From contig JAHQWL010000023.1 in assembly GCA_029856155.1 (NCBI GenBank), forward strand, positions 128,001 to 192,000: a stretch of DNA of 64,000 nucleotides, read 5' to 3'. The position numbers and the translations under genes are program-made. The notes under the pieces are model-generated. The model was not told where the DNA came from. It ran no database searches and saw nothing but the letters and a program-made list of their open reading frames with translations. Below are positions 22,392 to 32,069 of this stretch, in pieces; within the stretch, counting starts at the first letter, position 1, and each line of letters starts with the position of its first letter. This DNA is from Promethearchaeia archaeon. Lineage in GTDB: Archaea > Asgardarchaeota > Lokiarchaeia > Sigyniarchaeales > SOKP01.

Positions 22392-23360
22392 TTAAATTTG
22401 AATATATTCTATGATATTTGCTAAAAGTGCTGAAATCTGTATATATTCATCTGCCCCTTGACTTATTCGATAATCTATTTCTCCAATATATGTCCTTAAA
22501 TTAATTATTTTACTGGGATCTAGGTCTAAAATTGGTAACATTTCTGATAATTGCCTTATGAAATTTCGACTGTCAAGAATTTCAACAGCATCTATTATTT
22601 CTTTTGAACTTATAAAATCCTTTCTTTTGATAGCCGAGATTAAATTTTTTAAAGTTAATTTATCTAAAAATCCAGAAATTCTTAATATTTCATTAATATC
22701 TAAATTTTCCAAAAGTTCAAGAGCCACTGCCATCTGGAGAGTATTTATAGCTTTTCTTAAATCCCCTCCTGAAATAAAGTAAATTTGATTGAAAAATTGC
22801 TCTGACTTATTCGAGGGTATTTTCAAGTTCTCTTTTTCAGTTATATATTTTAATCTATCTATTATCTTTTTTTTTGGTAAACTTGTAAATCTAAACACTG
22901 CACATCGAGACACAATTGGATCGATTATTCTGTTTATATAATTGCATAAAAGTATGAATTTTATATTATCTGATGTTTTTTCAATAATTCTTCTAAGAGC
23001 TTGCTGGACTTGTCCGGGTATATTATCAGCCTCATCTAGGAGAACAAATTTTAAAGACCCATTTTTAGTAAAAGATTGATTAACAAAATTTTTTAAAATA
23101 TCTCTTACAAAATCTATTCTCACGGTGTCGGAAGCATTCAATTCCAAAAGATTGGTATCTAACTCTTCTTCTTTCAGAAAATGCCTTGCTATAATCAAGG
23201 CAGTACTTGTTTTTCCGGTTCCTGCTGGACCAGTAAAAATGAGATGAGGTATATTAGTATTTTTTACGAATTCTCTTAGATTATTTATCGCAATATTCTG
23301 GCTTACGATATCATCGAAATTTTTAGGTCTGTATTTTTCAGTCCAAGGAATTTCCAACAT
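22392..23360 (-). CDS. rfcS: Replication factor C small subunit
   Basis: PWTEKYRP, GPAGTGKT, LELNASD, LDEAD, QQALRR, SRC, GDLRKAIN. Confidence 0.96.
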   Translation of the reverse strand: MLEIPWTEKYRPKNFDDIVSQNIAINNLREFVKNTNIPHLIFTGPAGTGKTSTALIIARHFLKEEELDTNLLELNASDTVRIDFVRDILKNFVNQSFTKNGSLKFVLLDEADNIPGQVQQALRRIIEKTSDNIKFILLCNYINRIIDPIVSRCAVFRFTSLPKKKIIDRLKYITEKENLKIPSNKSEQFFNQIYFISGGDLRKAINTLQMAVALELLENLDINEILRISGFLDKLTLKNLISAIKRKDFISSKEIIDAVEILDSRNFIRQLSEMLPILDLDPSKIINLRTYIGEIDYRISQGADEYIQISALLANIIEYIQI

Positions 23361-23390
23361 AACGCTAATCCTATTACTATTATCAAAAAA

Positions 23391-23867
23391 CTAAACTTTA
23401 GAGTTCTTTTCTGTTAGATCTAACTCTAATACTTCATAAACTTTTTTGAAATTCATTTGTTCATAAAGCTTAGAAGCTTCTAGTGCTCTTTTTTTAATAT
23501 TCACTTTAATTTTTTCCACCTTAATCTTCTTCAAATGTTCTAAAGCTTTTTCTAATAAAAGACTCCCTACTCCTTTTTTACGATATGGTTCCTTTAGAAA
23601 AAACTGCTTAATATATCCTTCAGAAGAGCCAAATGGATCTATTCTAAGCTCAGCGATAATCATTCCTATAACTTCATTAGAATCTTCATCTACAGCTATA
23701 AGCATACCATGACGTTGAAGAGGATCGAAAATACGACGTCGTATTCCCCAATCAAAACGTTTAGGATCAAATTTTTGCCCCAGTCCTTCCACTAATTCTT
23801 TAGTTAAATCTTTTAAGTCTTCTATGTGTTCAGGATTTGCGACTTCAACTTTTATATTCGAACTCAT
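23391..23867 (-). CDS. GNAT family N-acetyltransferase
   Basis: YRKKGVGSLL acetyl-CoA loop; ASKLYEQMNF. Confidence 0.92.
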   Translation of the reverse strand: MSSNIKVEVANPEHIEDLKDLTKELVEGLGQKFDPKRFDWGIRRRIFDPLQRHGMLIAVDEDSNEVIGMIIAELRIDPFGSSEGYIKQFFLKEPYRKKGVGSLLLEKALEHLKKIKVEKIKVNIKKRALEASKLYEQMNFKKVYEVLELDLTEKNSKV

Positions 23868-24049
23868 GGTTAATCATCATAAATGACATATACTTTCTTA
23901 TTAAAATAATAATTGCTATTTTAAAATTTAAATTTTCTTGACTCAAATTTAATAAAATAACAAGTGAGGTGTTTATTAATATATCTTTTAATTAAAACAA
24001 TAGCATTTCAAAAAAATTAAAATGATTTTGGCATCTATAAATAAAAATG

Positions 24050-24334
24050 CTAAAAATGGCGAGCAGATGTCCCATCCCAAGCCCTAACACTTTCATTTAC
24101 CCATCCACACTTTGGACATTTATCTGGAAGCTCCCAATTTTCAAGTGCAGGATGAATACGGCAATATAGTCCACCACAACTAGCACATACTAGATATTTT
24201 GCACCACAACCGGAACACATTTTTAATTGACCCTCCTCAACAAAAAGAAAAGCTCTTTTCATCCATTCATCCGATACTAAAGAGAATTCATTCTTTCCAC
24301 AAACGACACAATGAACCCCATCATCTTGAGACAT
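24050..24334 (-). CDS. Small multi-Zn-finger protein
   Basis: Four CxxC pairs plus a CRIH; GGTGA Shine-Dalgarno-like element upstream. Confidence 0.75.
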   Translation of the reverse strand: MSQDDGVHCVVCGKNEFSLVSDEWMKRAFLFVEEGQLKMCSGCGAKYLVCASCGGLYCRIHPALENWELPDKCPKCGWVNESVRAWDGTSARHF

Positions 24335-24503
24335 AAAAAATCACCAAATAATAATAAAAATTTGTTTAAATTGAATTAAATTCATTTACTAAGTAAATAT
24401 ATAAAATTAATAATAAAACTACAAATTAAATATTTTGTTATAAGTAAGTATTAGTTAAAAAATAAATTGTAAATTGGAGAAATATCAAAAAAATTTCTTA
24501 TTT

Positions 24504-24827
24504 TTACATTTGTAATTTCTTTGCAGCTCCAGCTCCAGTGACTTCAGGATTGACCTCTTCAACGTTTTGAATTAATGTATATATTGCATCTTCCTCTAAA
24601 GCTTCTTTAAAAGCAATATACATCTCTTTACTCCCAATAAATAATCCTTTTCGTTTCATTGGTTTACCATCGTTTTTTAAAGGATTTACCTCTAGAAAGA
24701 GTAAAGCAGGTCTCGTTTTTGTTGCAGGAACTTTAACTACAAATACACCAGGGACAGGAGTCTCCATTTTTTCCCAATCTTTTCCATTTTTCAAATGATC
24801 TTTTAATTGTGCTTGAATGTCTGCCAT
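24504..24827 (-). CDS. Hypothetical protein, possibly PC4-like ssDNA-binding fold
   Basis: Clean ORF; DGKPMKRKGLFI resembles the PC4 KPxxKGISL signature. Confidence 0.55.
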   Translation of the reverse strand: MADIQAQLKDHLKNGKDWEKMETPVPGVFVVKVPATKTRPALLFLEVNPLKNDGKPMKRKGLFIGSKEMYIAFKEALEEDAIYTLIQNVEEVNPEVTGAGAAKKLQM

Positions 24828-25092
24828 TTTTGTTCACATAACAAATTTGTATTATGCGTTACATGTTACATTTAATACTTGTATAAAAATTTTTGGATCG
24901 AGATATAATTTTTATCCTACCTAAAAGTTTAATAGAGTAATCATTTATCAAATATCTAAGAAAATCTTGTTTCAAACTAAGATTCAGAATTATAATAGCA
25001 TTTTGTCGGATTTCTTGGGGTCATTTTCCACTAAACCTTTAAATATATCACTCTCGTATATATTTTTATCGATTAAAACAAAAAAGAAATAG

Positions 25093-25323
25093 ATGTTTGA
25101 TATGAAATTAATTTCAGTAAACTTACCGGAATCCTATCTTAAAGTTTTAGAGATACTAGTAGTTGATGGTAAATTCCCTAATAGAAGTGAAGCGATTCGA
25201 GTAGCAATCCGTGATTTGATTAAAACCGAATATTTGATAGAAGAATCAGTAAATAGAAATCTTGCCCCAAGTCTCATAGAATCTGAAGTAGAAAATGAGA
25301 TTCAAGAAAATCTATTAATCTAA
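25093..25323 (+). CDS. Ribbon-helix-helix (CopG/Arc/MetJ) regulator
   Basis: ISVNLPESYL..LE.LV..G.FPNRSEAIRVAIRDL. Confidence 0.9.
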   Translation: MFDMKLISVNLPESYLKVLEILVVDGKFPNRSEAIRVAIRDLIKTEYLIEESVNRNLAPSLIESEVENEIQENLLI

Positions 25324-25373
25324 CCAATTTTTTTTTCTTTTTTTAAAAATAGATTGTTAAAAGAGTAATTATT

Positions 25374-28300
25374 TTATTCTTTGCTCTTTCCTAATAAATC
25401 TAAAACCTTTTTCCTTCTCTCTTCTCTTCGTGCTTTGATTCTTTTTCTAAGTTTTTCCATTTCGTCTTCAGTTGGTTCCTTTTTACCCTTAACTAATTCT
25501 TTAATTGGTTTCTTACTGACTCTAGCTTTTAGTTCATTAATTTTATTATCAATTTCTTTAATGAAATTTTTTCCTATTTTTAGTTCTTTGAGTTGATACT
25601 TAGCTTCATTTAGTTCAGAAATGGCTTTCTTGAATTGACCATCAGCAAAAGATACATGAGCTTCGTCTAAAGCTTTATATGCAGACTCAAATTTTATATT
25701 CTCCAAATCATCGATTGAGATATCTGCAGTTATTAATGGAATTTGCGTTTCAGCTTTAATTTTATTAATTTGCTCAGTAATTCTCTCAAGTTCATCTGAT
25801 CTTTCTAATTTAGTCAATCTTTGGACTTCTTTTCTTATTATCATAATTCCCTCATTATACCTGAAACTATCGATTAATCTATTTGCTTTATCCAATTTAA
25901 TAGAGATCTTTCTATCAAGTTCTTCTTTCGCAAGTTTACGCTTCTCTTCTTTTTTTCTCTTTTCAAGTTTTTTATGTTCTCTCTTTGTTTCTTCCTTTAA
26001 TATTGCCATTTCTTTTTCTTCTTCAATTTTTTTAATTTTAATATCTTCATAAATCTCAGCTTGCTTTTGTTCCCTTTTAAGTTTGAAAAGAAGTTCATTA
26101 TTTATTCGTGAAACTTCTCGTTGCCAAGATACTTTTTCGAATAATTCTCGAGCAGCGATATATTTCTCATACGCCTCAGTGAATTTACTACGATCCATTA
26201 ATGCTGTACCTTCTTCTAAAAGTTCATATGCTTCTTCAGATATTTGTCGTTCCTGTTCTTTTTCTCTCTGAATTTTTAGAAACTCTTTTCTTTTCTCTTC
26301 TTGTTGCTGCTTTTTTATAATTTGAGCCTCAGCTAATTTTTCTTCTAATTTTTCTTCAATAATTAGTTTTTCAGCTTTCCTTTTTTCGATAGCTTCTTGT
26401 TCAAGCTCAAACGCCTTTTTCTTATTACTAATCATTGTAATTGAATCTCGGACCATATTAATTCCTTCTTGCCATTCCAAATCTGAAAATATTTTTTCAC
26501 TATCTTTGTAAATTTCAATGGCATTTTCAAAATGATCTTGTCTTAATTCACGTTTAGCCTGATCCATTAAACGAAATGCTTTATCTTTTTGGGTTTCAAA
26601 TTGGGCCACTCGTTCTTTTTTTAAATGTAAAGTTTCTTTTCGCTTTTTTAATAATTTTTCTTGCTCAACTCTTGCTTGTTCTAATAATTTTTGTTGAAGC
26701 GTTAATTCTTCTTCTCGTTTTTTAACTTTTTCGCCTTCTAAAGCACGTATATTATTGTCTTTTCCTAATCTTTCCTTGTAAAACTTAATTGTCTCGATTA
26801 ATTTAACTGATTCTTCTTTCCAGTCAAGTTTTTCAAATTGCTTCCGTGCGTCGCGATAAATTTCAATAATTTTTTCGTAAGGTGCTTCAAAATCAAAAAC
26901 ACCACCTTTAATTTTTAGTTCGTATTCCTGAGCCATTCTCTCAGCATTCTCAATCATATTAAAAATTCCCGCCGTAATTTTATCAGATTCTTTCTCTTTT
27001 TGTTGAATTTCTAATAATCTTTTTTGTCTTTCAAGAAAATCCTTATCATTATCAAAATCAGAGGCTGCTAATCCAATTTCTGGCTTTTCTAATTTCTTTT
27101 TTTCGAGAATTCTTAAATTGTCATCATTATCTTTTTTATCTTTATAAAATTTAATTGTATTAATTAAACGATTAGCTTCATCATTCCAACCAATTTTCTG
27201 GAATATTTCTCGTGCTTGTTCATAATTAGATATTGCTTTTTCATAAGGACTTTCATATACTAAAATATCTTTTCTAATGCTTAATTCATAACTTTTAACT
27301 TCTTTTTCGGTTTCATCGATAAGATTCATTGCATTGTCTAATAAAACATCTTCTTCTTTTTCAGTTTCAAGTTCTTCTATTTTTTCTGGTTTAAATGGTT
27401 TAACTTCTTTTTTACCTGCTTTTTGCAACTCTTCTAGTTCTTTTTCTCTTTGGGCTTTCTGAGCTTCAACCACGAGTAGCTTTTGATGTTTCTCTAATTT
27501 CTCCTGATAAATTTTAATCTGGTTAGCAAAGACTTCTGCTTGATCTTTCCATCCTCTTGCATAGACTTTTTCTCGTATTTCTTTATATATTTCTATTATC
27601 TCTAGATATGGTGTACTCTCTATTATTTCCCCTTTTTTAATAGTTTTTTTCATGACTGAATCAAATTCTCTTTCAAGTTTCTCTGCTTTGTTGACCTCTT
27701 CTGTAATATATTTTTGAAATTCTTTTTCTTCCTTTTTTCTATCAATAATTGCTGGTTTTTTACGATCTTTTCCAATTTCTCTTTCCATTTTATGCATTTC
27801 TTCGATATCTTGTCCTCTCTGAGCTTTCTGAGCTTCAACTTCGAGTAGATTTTGATGTTTCTCTAATTTCTCTTGATAAATTTTAATCTGGTTAGCAAAG
27901 ACTTCTGCTTGGTCTTTCCATCCCCTCGCATAGACTTTTTCTCGTATTTCTTTATATATTTCTATTATCTCTAGATATGGTGTACTCTCTATTACTTCTC
28001 CTTGTCTATAAGCCTTTCTCAAAGCCATTTCATGGTCACGTACCATTTTTTCGGCTCTGTTTATACTTTCATTAACATAATTTTCAAAATCTTCTTCTTC
28101 CTTTTTCTCCTCAATAACTGCTGGTTTTCTACGATCTTTTCCAATTTCTCTTTCCATTTTATGCATTTCTTCGATATCTTGTCCTCTCTGAGCTTTCTGA
28201 GCTTCAACTTCGAGTAGATTTTGATGTTTCTCTAATTTCTCTTGATAAATTTTAATCTGGTTAGCAAAGACTTCTGCTTGGTCTTTCCATCCTCTCGCAT

Positions 28301-31300
28301 ATACTTTTTCTCGTATTTCTTTATATATTTCTATTATCTCTAGATATGGTGTACTCTTTATTACTTCTCCTTGTCTATAAGCCTTTCTCAAAGCCATTTC
28401 GTAGTCGCGTACCATTTTTTCGGCTCTGTTTATACTTTCATTAACATAATTTTCAAAATCTTCTTCTTCCTTTTTCTCCTCAATAATTGCTGGTTTTTTA
28501 CGATCTTTTTCAATTTGTCTTTCCATTTTATGCATTTCTTCGATATCTTGTCCTCTCTGAGCTTTCTGAGCTTCAACTTCGAGTAGCTTTTGATGTTTCT
28601 CTAATTTCTCTTGATAAATTTTAATCTGATTTGCAAAGACTTCTGCTTGGTCTTTCCATCCTCTTGCATAGACTTTTTCTCGTATTTCTTTATATATTTC
28701 TATTATCTCTAGATATGGTGTACTCTCTATTACTTCTCCTTTTTTAACAGCTTTTTTCATAACTGAATCAAATTCTCTTTCAAGTTTCTCTGCTTTATTG
28801 ACTTCTTCTGTAATATATTTTTGAAATTCTTTTTCTTCCTTTTTTCTATCAATAACTGCTGGTTTTTTACGATCTTTTTCAATTTCTCTTTCCATTTTAT
28901 GCATTTCTTCGATATCTTGTCCTCTCTGAGCTTTCTGAGCTTCAACTTCGAGTAGATTTTGATGTTTCTCTAATTTCTCTTGATAAATTTTAATCTGATT
29001 TGCAAAAACTTCTGCTTGGTCTTTCCATCCCCTTGCATATACTTTTTCTCGTATATCTTTATACATCTCAATGACAACAGAATATGGTGTACTCTCTATT
29101 ACTTCTCCTTGTCTATAAGCCTTTCTCAAAGCCATTTCGTAGTCGCGTACCATTTTTTCAGCACTGTTGACATTATCGGATATATATTTTTCAAAATCTT
29201 CCTCTTCCTTTTTCCTTTCAATAGCTTTTAATCTTTCCTCATCTACTCCAATTTTTTTACCCATCTTATGCATTTCTTCAAGTGCTTTTTCCCTATGAGC
29301 CTTTTTTGCTTCTACTTCTCGTAATTTGTTATCATGCTCTAACTTTTGAGAGTAAAAAATTATTTGGGTACTATATGCTGCTGCTTCTTCTTCACGTCCC
29401 TTCTCAAGTAGCATTCGCTTTACTTTTTCATATATACCAATAATTTTCAAACAAGGGGGGTTTTCTGCTAATTTACCTTTTTTTATGGCTTTTTTCATTT
29501 CAGAATTATATTCACGAGCCATTTTTTCAGCTCGATTTACCATCGTATCGATAATAGAATCAAATTCTTCTTTTTCTTCTTCTATTCTTTTTTGTTCTTC
29601 TAGCAATTTTAATTTTTCAGCATCTAAACCTACAAGAAGTTCTTCTTTTTTGACTCTAAACGTTTCTTCGATCTCTTCCTGTTTTCTTGCTTTATCAGAT
29701 TCAATTTGTCTTAATCGATTATCCTTTTCCAACTTTTGTTTATGAGTATATATCTGACTTGAAAAGATTGTAACATCTGTATCCCATCCTCTCTCTGATG
29801 CCATCTGTAGAGCTTTTTCGTAAATATTGATAATTTCAGAATAAGGACATTTTAATTCAAATTTACCTTTTCTTAACGCTACCTCATACTCTCTTGCTAA
29901 ACGCTCTGCTCTTCTAGTCATTCCTTCAATTTGATTTCGGATATTCTGGATTTCTATTGCCTTTTGACGTTGCTCTTCTAAAACTCCTCGTTGTTCTTCA
30001 CTAATACCTGTTTCTATTTCTTCCTCCTTAACTTTCAATACTTCTTCAGTTTCTTTCTGTTTGCTTACCTTGTCAGCTTCGATTTGTCTTATTTTTTTAT
30101 CCTTTTCAAATTTTTGAATATAGACATCTATTGTATCATCATAAATCGCTGCTTCCTTGTTCCAACCCTTATCAATGAGTAATTCCTTTATGTTTTTATA
30201 AATTTCAATAACTTTAGGATATATACATTCCTCCACTATTTTTCCATCTTTGATAGCTCTCTGCATTTCTAGTTCATAATCATGTGCCATTCTAGCTGCT
30301 TCTGATACCATATTGTCAATTTGTGCTTTAAAGAACTCTTGTTCCATTTTTTGAAATTCTATTCCCTTCAATCTTTCTATTTGTGCAAGTTTTTCTTGTT
30401 CACTGACTTCTTCTACGTATTGATCAATCAGTTTTTCTTTCTCTAACTCGGTTTCAATTTTTTGCTCCATCTCTACTCTTTTTTTCTCAAGCTCTTTAAG
30501 ATGTCTAACTTTTTCTTTTTCTAATTGTTCTATAGTCTCTCGAATTCGTTTTGCTTCATATGTCCAGTTCAGTTCTTCAAATAAACTTACACCTTCGGCA
30601 TATAATTCTATAGCTTGATCATATTCTTGCAATTTAGCCCTTTCTACCGCTTGATCCAATATTTCATATGCTTGAGTTGAAATCTCCTCCTCTCTCTTTT
30701 TAGCTTCAAGAAATTGTTCTAATTTTTTTTCTTTTTCCTGCTCTTCACTTAGTTGTGCGTCTATTTCCATACTAACATCTAGTTCTTCTTTCGTAACACT
30801 ACGTAAATATTCCGCTTTTTTATTATAGCATTCCTCAATCAATGAGAATAATCTTTCTATCTCCTCAGTTTTATTAAGATTTTCAAGTATATTCTCAGCT
30901 GTATCATATTTATCAAGAGCCTCCTCAAATTTACCCGAATTAGTTAATTGGTGGGCTTCCACAATTAATTGGTCTGCTTTACTGATCAAATCAGCTTCAA
31001 TCTTAGGCTCTTCGATTAATTCAGTTTCTTCGCTCACTTCGACTTCTTTAATTTCCTTGATCGCTTCGGGTTCCTCAATTATTTCAGCTTCTTCAATTAT
31101 TTCGGCTTCCTCAACAACTTCCACTTCTCTTTCCGGTTCAGCTTGGATTTCTCGGAATGATTTTTCTTTAAGTATATAAACTTCTGAAATTTTATCATTA
31201 ATGGCTTTAATTTCTTGTTCTCTATTAATTTGTGTATATAATCCGATTGCTTGACGTAAAATTTCAATACCATCATCATAATAATGCGACCCAATTAGAT

Positions 31301-31454
31301 TAATCGCATGCTCAACTAATTCATAAGCCTCAGAAGCAATTTCTTCTTCCATATTCATCATGTCAGAAAAAAATGCTTCTTTTGTAGGATCATATCCATC
31401 CTCATCGAATTCCTGGTCGAAATCTTCCTCCTTTTTCTCTTCCATAAATCTCAA
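25374..31454 (-). CDS. Giant alpha-helical repeat protein (about 17 TPR/MIT-like modules joined by charged helices)
   Basis: Recurrent A..L...A...Y..A...F...GW..EA pattern; very E/K-rich; no TM segment or signal peptide seen. Confidence 0.85.
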   Translation of the reverse strand: MRFMEEKKEEDFDQEFDEDGYDPTKEAFFSDMMNMEEEIASEAYELVEHAINLIGSHYYDDGIEILRQAIGLYTQINREQEIKAINDKISEVYILKEKSFREIQAEPEREVEVVEEAEIIEEAEIIEEPEAIKEIKEVEVSEETELIEEPKIEADLISKADQLIVEAHQLTNSGKFEEALDKYDTAENILENLNKTEEIERLFSLIEECYNKKAEYLRSVTKEELDVSMEIDAQLSEEQEKEKKLEQFLEAKKREEEISTQAYEILDQAVERAKLQEYDQAIELYAEGVSLFEELNWTYEAKRIRETIEQLEKEKVRHLKELEKKRVEMEQKIETELEKEKLIDQYVEEVSEQEKLAQIERLKGIEFQKMEQEFFKAQIDNMVSEAARMAHDYELEMQRAIKDGKIVEECIYPKVIEIYKNIKELLIDKGWNKEAAIYDDTIDVYIQKFEKDKKIRQIEADKVSKQKETEEVLKVKEEEIETGISEEQRGVLEEQRQKAIEIQNIRNQIEGMTRRAERLAREYEVALRKGKFELKCPYSEIINIYEKALQMASERGWDTDVTIFSSQIYTHKQKLEKDNRLRQIESDKARKQEEIEETFRVKKEELLVGLDAEKLKLLEEQKRIEEEKEEFDSIIDTMVNRAEKMAREYNSEMKKAIKKGKLAENPPCLKIIGIYEKVKRMLLEKGREEEAAAYSTQIIFYSQKLEHDNKLREVEAKKAHREKALEEMHKMGKKIGVDEERLKAIERKKEEEDFEKYISDNVNSAEKMVRDYEMALRKAYRQGEVIESTPYSVVIEMYKDIREKVYARGWKDQAEVFANQIKIYQEKLEKHQNLLEVEAQKAQRGQDIEEMHKMEREIEKDRKKPAVIDRKKEEKEFQKYITEEVNKAEKLEREFDSVMKKAVKKGEVIESTPYLEIIEIYKEIREKVYARGWKDQAEVFANQIKIYQEKLEKHQKLLEVEAQKAQRGQDIEEMHKMERQIEKDRKKPAIIEEKKEEEDFENYVNESINRAEKMVRDYEMALRKAYRQGEVIKSTPYLEIIEIYKEIREKVYARGWKDQAEVFANQIKIYQEKLEKHQNLLEVEAQKAQRGQDIEEMHKMEREIGKDRRKPAVIEEKKEEEDFENYVNESINRAEKMVRDHEMALRKAYRQGEVIESTPYLEIIEIYKEIREKVYARGWKDQAEVFANQIKIYQEKLEKHQNLLEVEAQKAQRGQDIEEMHKMEREIGKDRKKPAIIDRKKEEKEFQKYITEEVNKAEKLEREFDSVMKKTIKKGEIIESTPYLEIIEIYKEIREKVYARGWKDQAEVFANQIKIYQEKLEKHQKLLVVEAQKAQREKELEELQKAGKKEVKPFKPEKIEELETEKEEDVLLDNAMNLIDETEKEVKSYELSIRKDILVYESPYEKAISNYEQAREIFQKIGWNDEANRLINTIKFYKDKKDNDDNLRILEKKKLEKPEIGLAASDFDNDKDFLERQKRLLEIQQKEKESDKITAGIFNMIENAERMAQEYELKIKGGVFDFEAPYEKIIEIYRDARKQFEKLDWKEESVKLIETIKFYKERLGKDNNIRALEGEKVKKREEELTLQQKLLEQARVEQEKLLKKRKETLHLKKERVAQFETQKDKAFRLMDQAKRELRQDHFENAIEIYKDSEKIFSDLEWQEGINMVRDSITMISNKKKAFELEQEAIEKRKAEKLIIEEKLEEKLAEAQIIKKQQQEEKRKEFLKIQREKEQERQISEEAYELLEEGTALMDRSKFTEAYEKYIAARELFEKVSWQREVSRINNELLFKLKREQKQAEIYEDIKIKKIEEEKEMAILKEETKREHKKLEKRKKEEKRKLAKEELDRKISIKLDKANRLIDSFRYNEGIMIIRKEVQRLTKLERSDELERITEQINKIKAETQIPLITADISIDDLENIKFESAYKALDEAHVSFADGQFKKAISELNEAKYQLKELKIGKNFIKEIDNKINELKARVSKKPIKELVKGKKEPTEDEMEKLRKRIKARREERRKKVLDLLGKSKE
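27450..29207 (-). repeat. Five near-identical 369-bp (123-aa) tandem coding repeats
   Basis: Anchor GCTTCAAC at 27463, 27832, 28201, 28570 and 28939 (exact 369-bp period). Confidence 0.95.
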
Positions 31455-31568
31455 CTTTTTTTTGGAGAATTAAGAATGAACTTACTAAACAAAAATCTTT
31501 CTACTATATTTCTATTACAAATTAGTTTTAATTTAAAAATCGTTTACCCAAAATAAATATTTAATCGA

Positions 31569-31961
31569 TCACAATTCAAATTTTCCTAGATTCTTATTAA
31601 GATAATCATCACAGATTTTCCCACCTTCAATGGTTAAACTCCACCCATTAGCATCTCTTTTTACAAGATTTAGATCTTCTGTGCTAGCTAAAATTGTATG
31701 TACTTCATCCTCACTTTTACGTATATTAAAATCAACTCTTAAACTAAATACAATTTCATCGATTGGTACAGGACCTCCAAGTTCATCTTCCATTACACCC
31801 AATGCTGCAATTATTTGATTCTGTTCAACCATACCTGCATCCATAGTATTTGAAACTTCATCAAGAAGCCAAGGATTCTTATCTAACATCTTTTTTATTG
31901 CTTTTTCATTACCATCCTTAAAAAGTTTATCGAACTCTTCTCTAATCTTCTTCTTAGCCAT
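31569..31961 (-). CDS. Hypothetical protein with C-terminal winged-helix-like domain
   Basis: VPIDEI...EVHTIL...NLVKRDANGWSLTIEG. Confidence 0.65.
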   Translation of the reverse strand: MAKKKIREEFDKLFKDGNEKAIKKMLDKNPWLLDEVSNTMDAGMVEQNQIIAALGVMEDELGGPVPIDEIVFSLRVDFNIRKSEDEVHTILASTEDLNLVKRDANGWSLTIEGGKICDDYLNKNLGKFEL

Positions 31962-32069
31962 AAAAGTCGCCTATTTTTTCGTTGTATAAGAAAAATTCTA
32001 GAATTATATTAATATCTATAATATAGATTGCGAAAATAAAATCTTTTATGATGATTTAAAAAATGAGAA

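Noticed and set aside
27450-29207. 369-bp repeats as a CRISPR array, IS copies or DGR template/variable repeats
   Set aside because: They are contiguous and in frame, with no spacers, cas, transposase or reverse transcriptase genes; the differences do not look adenine-specific
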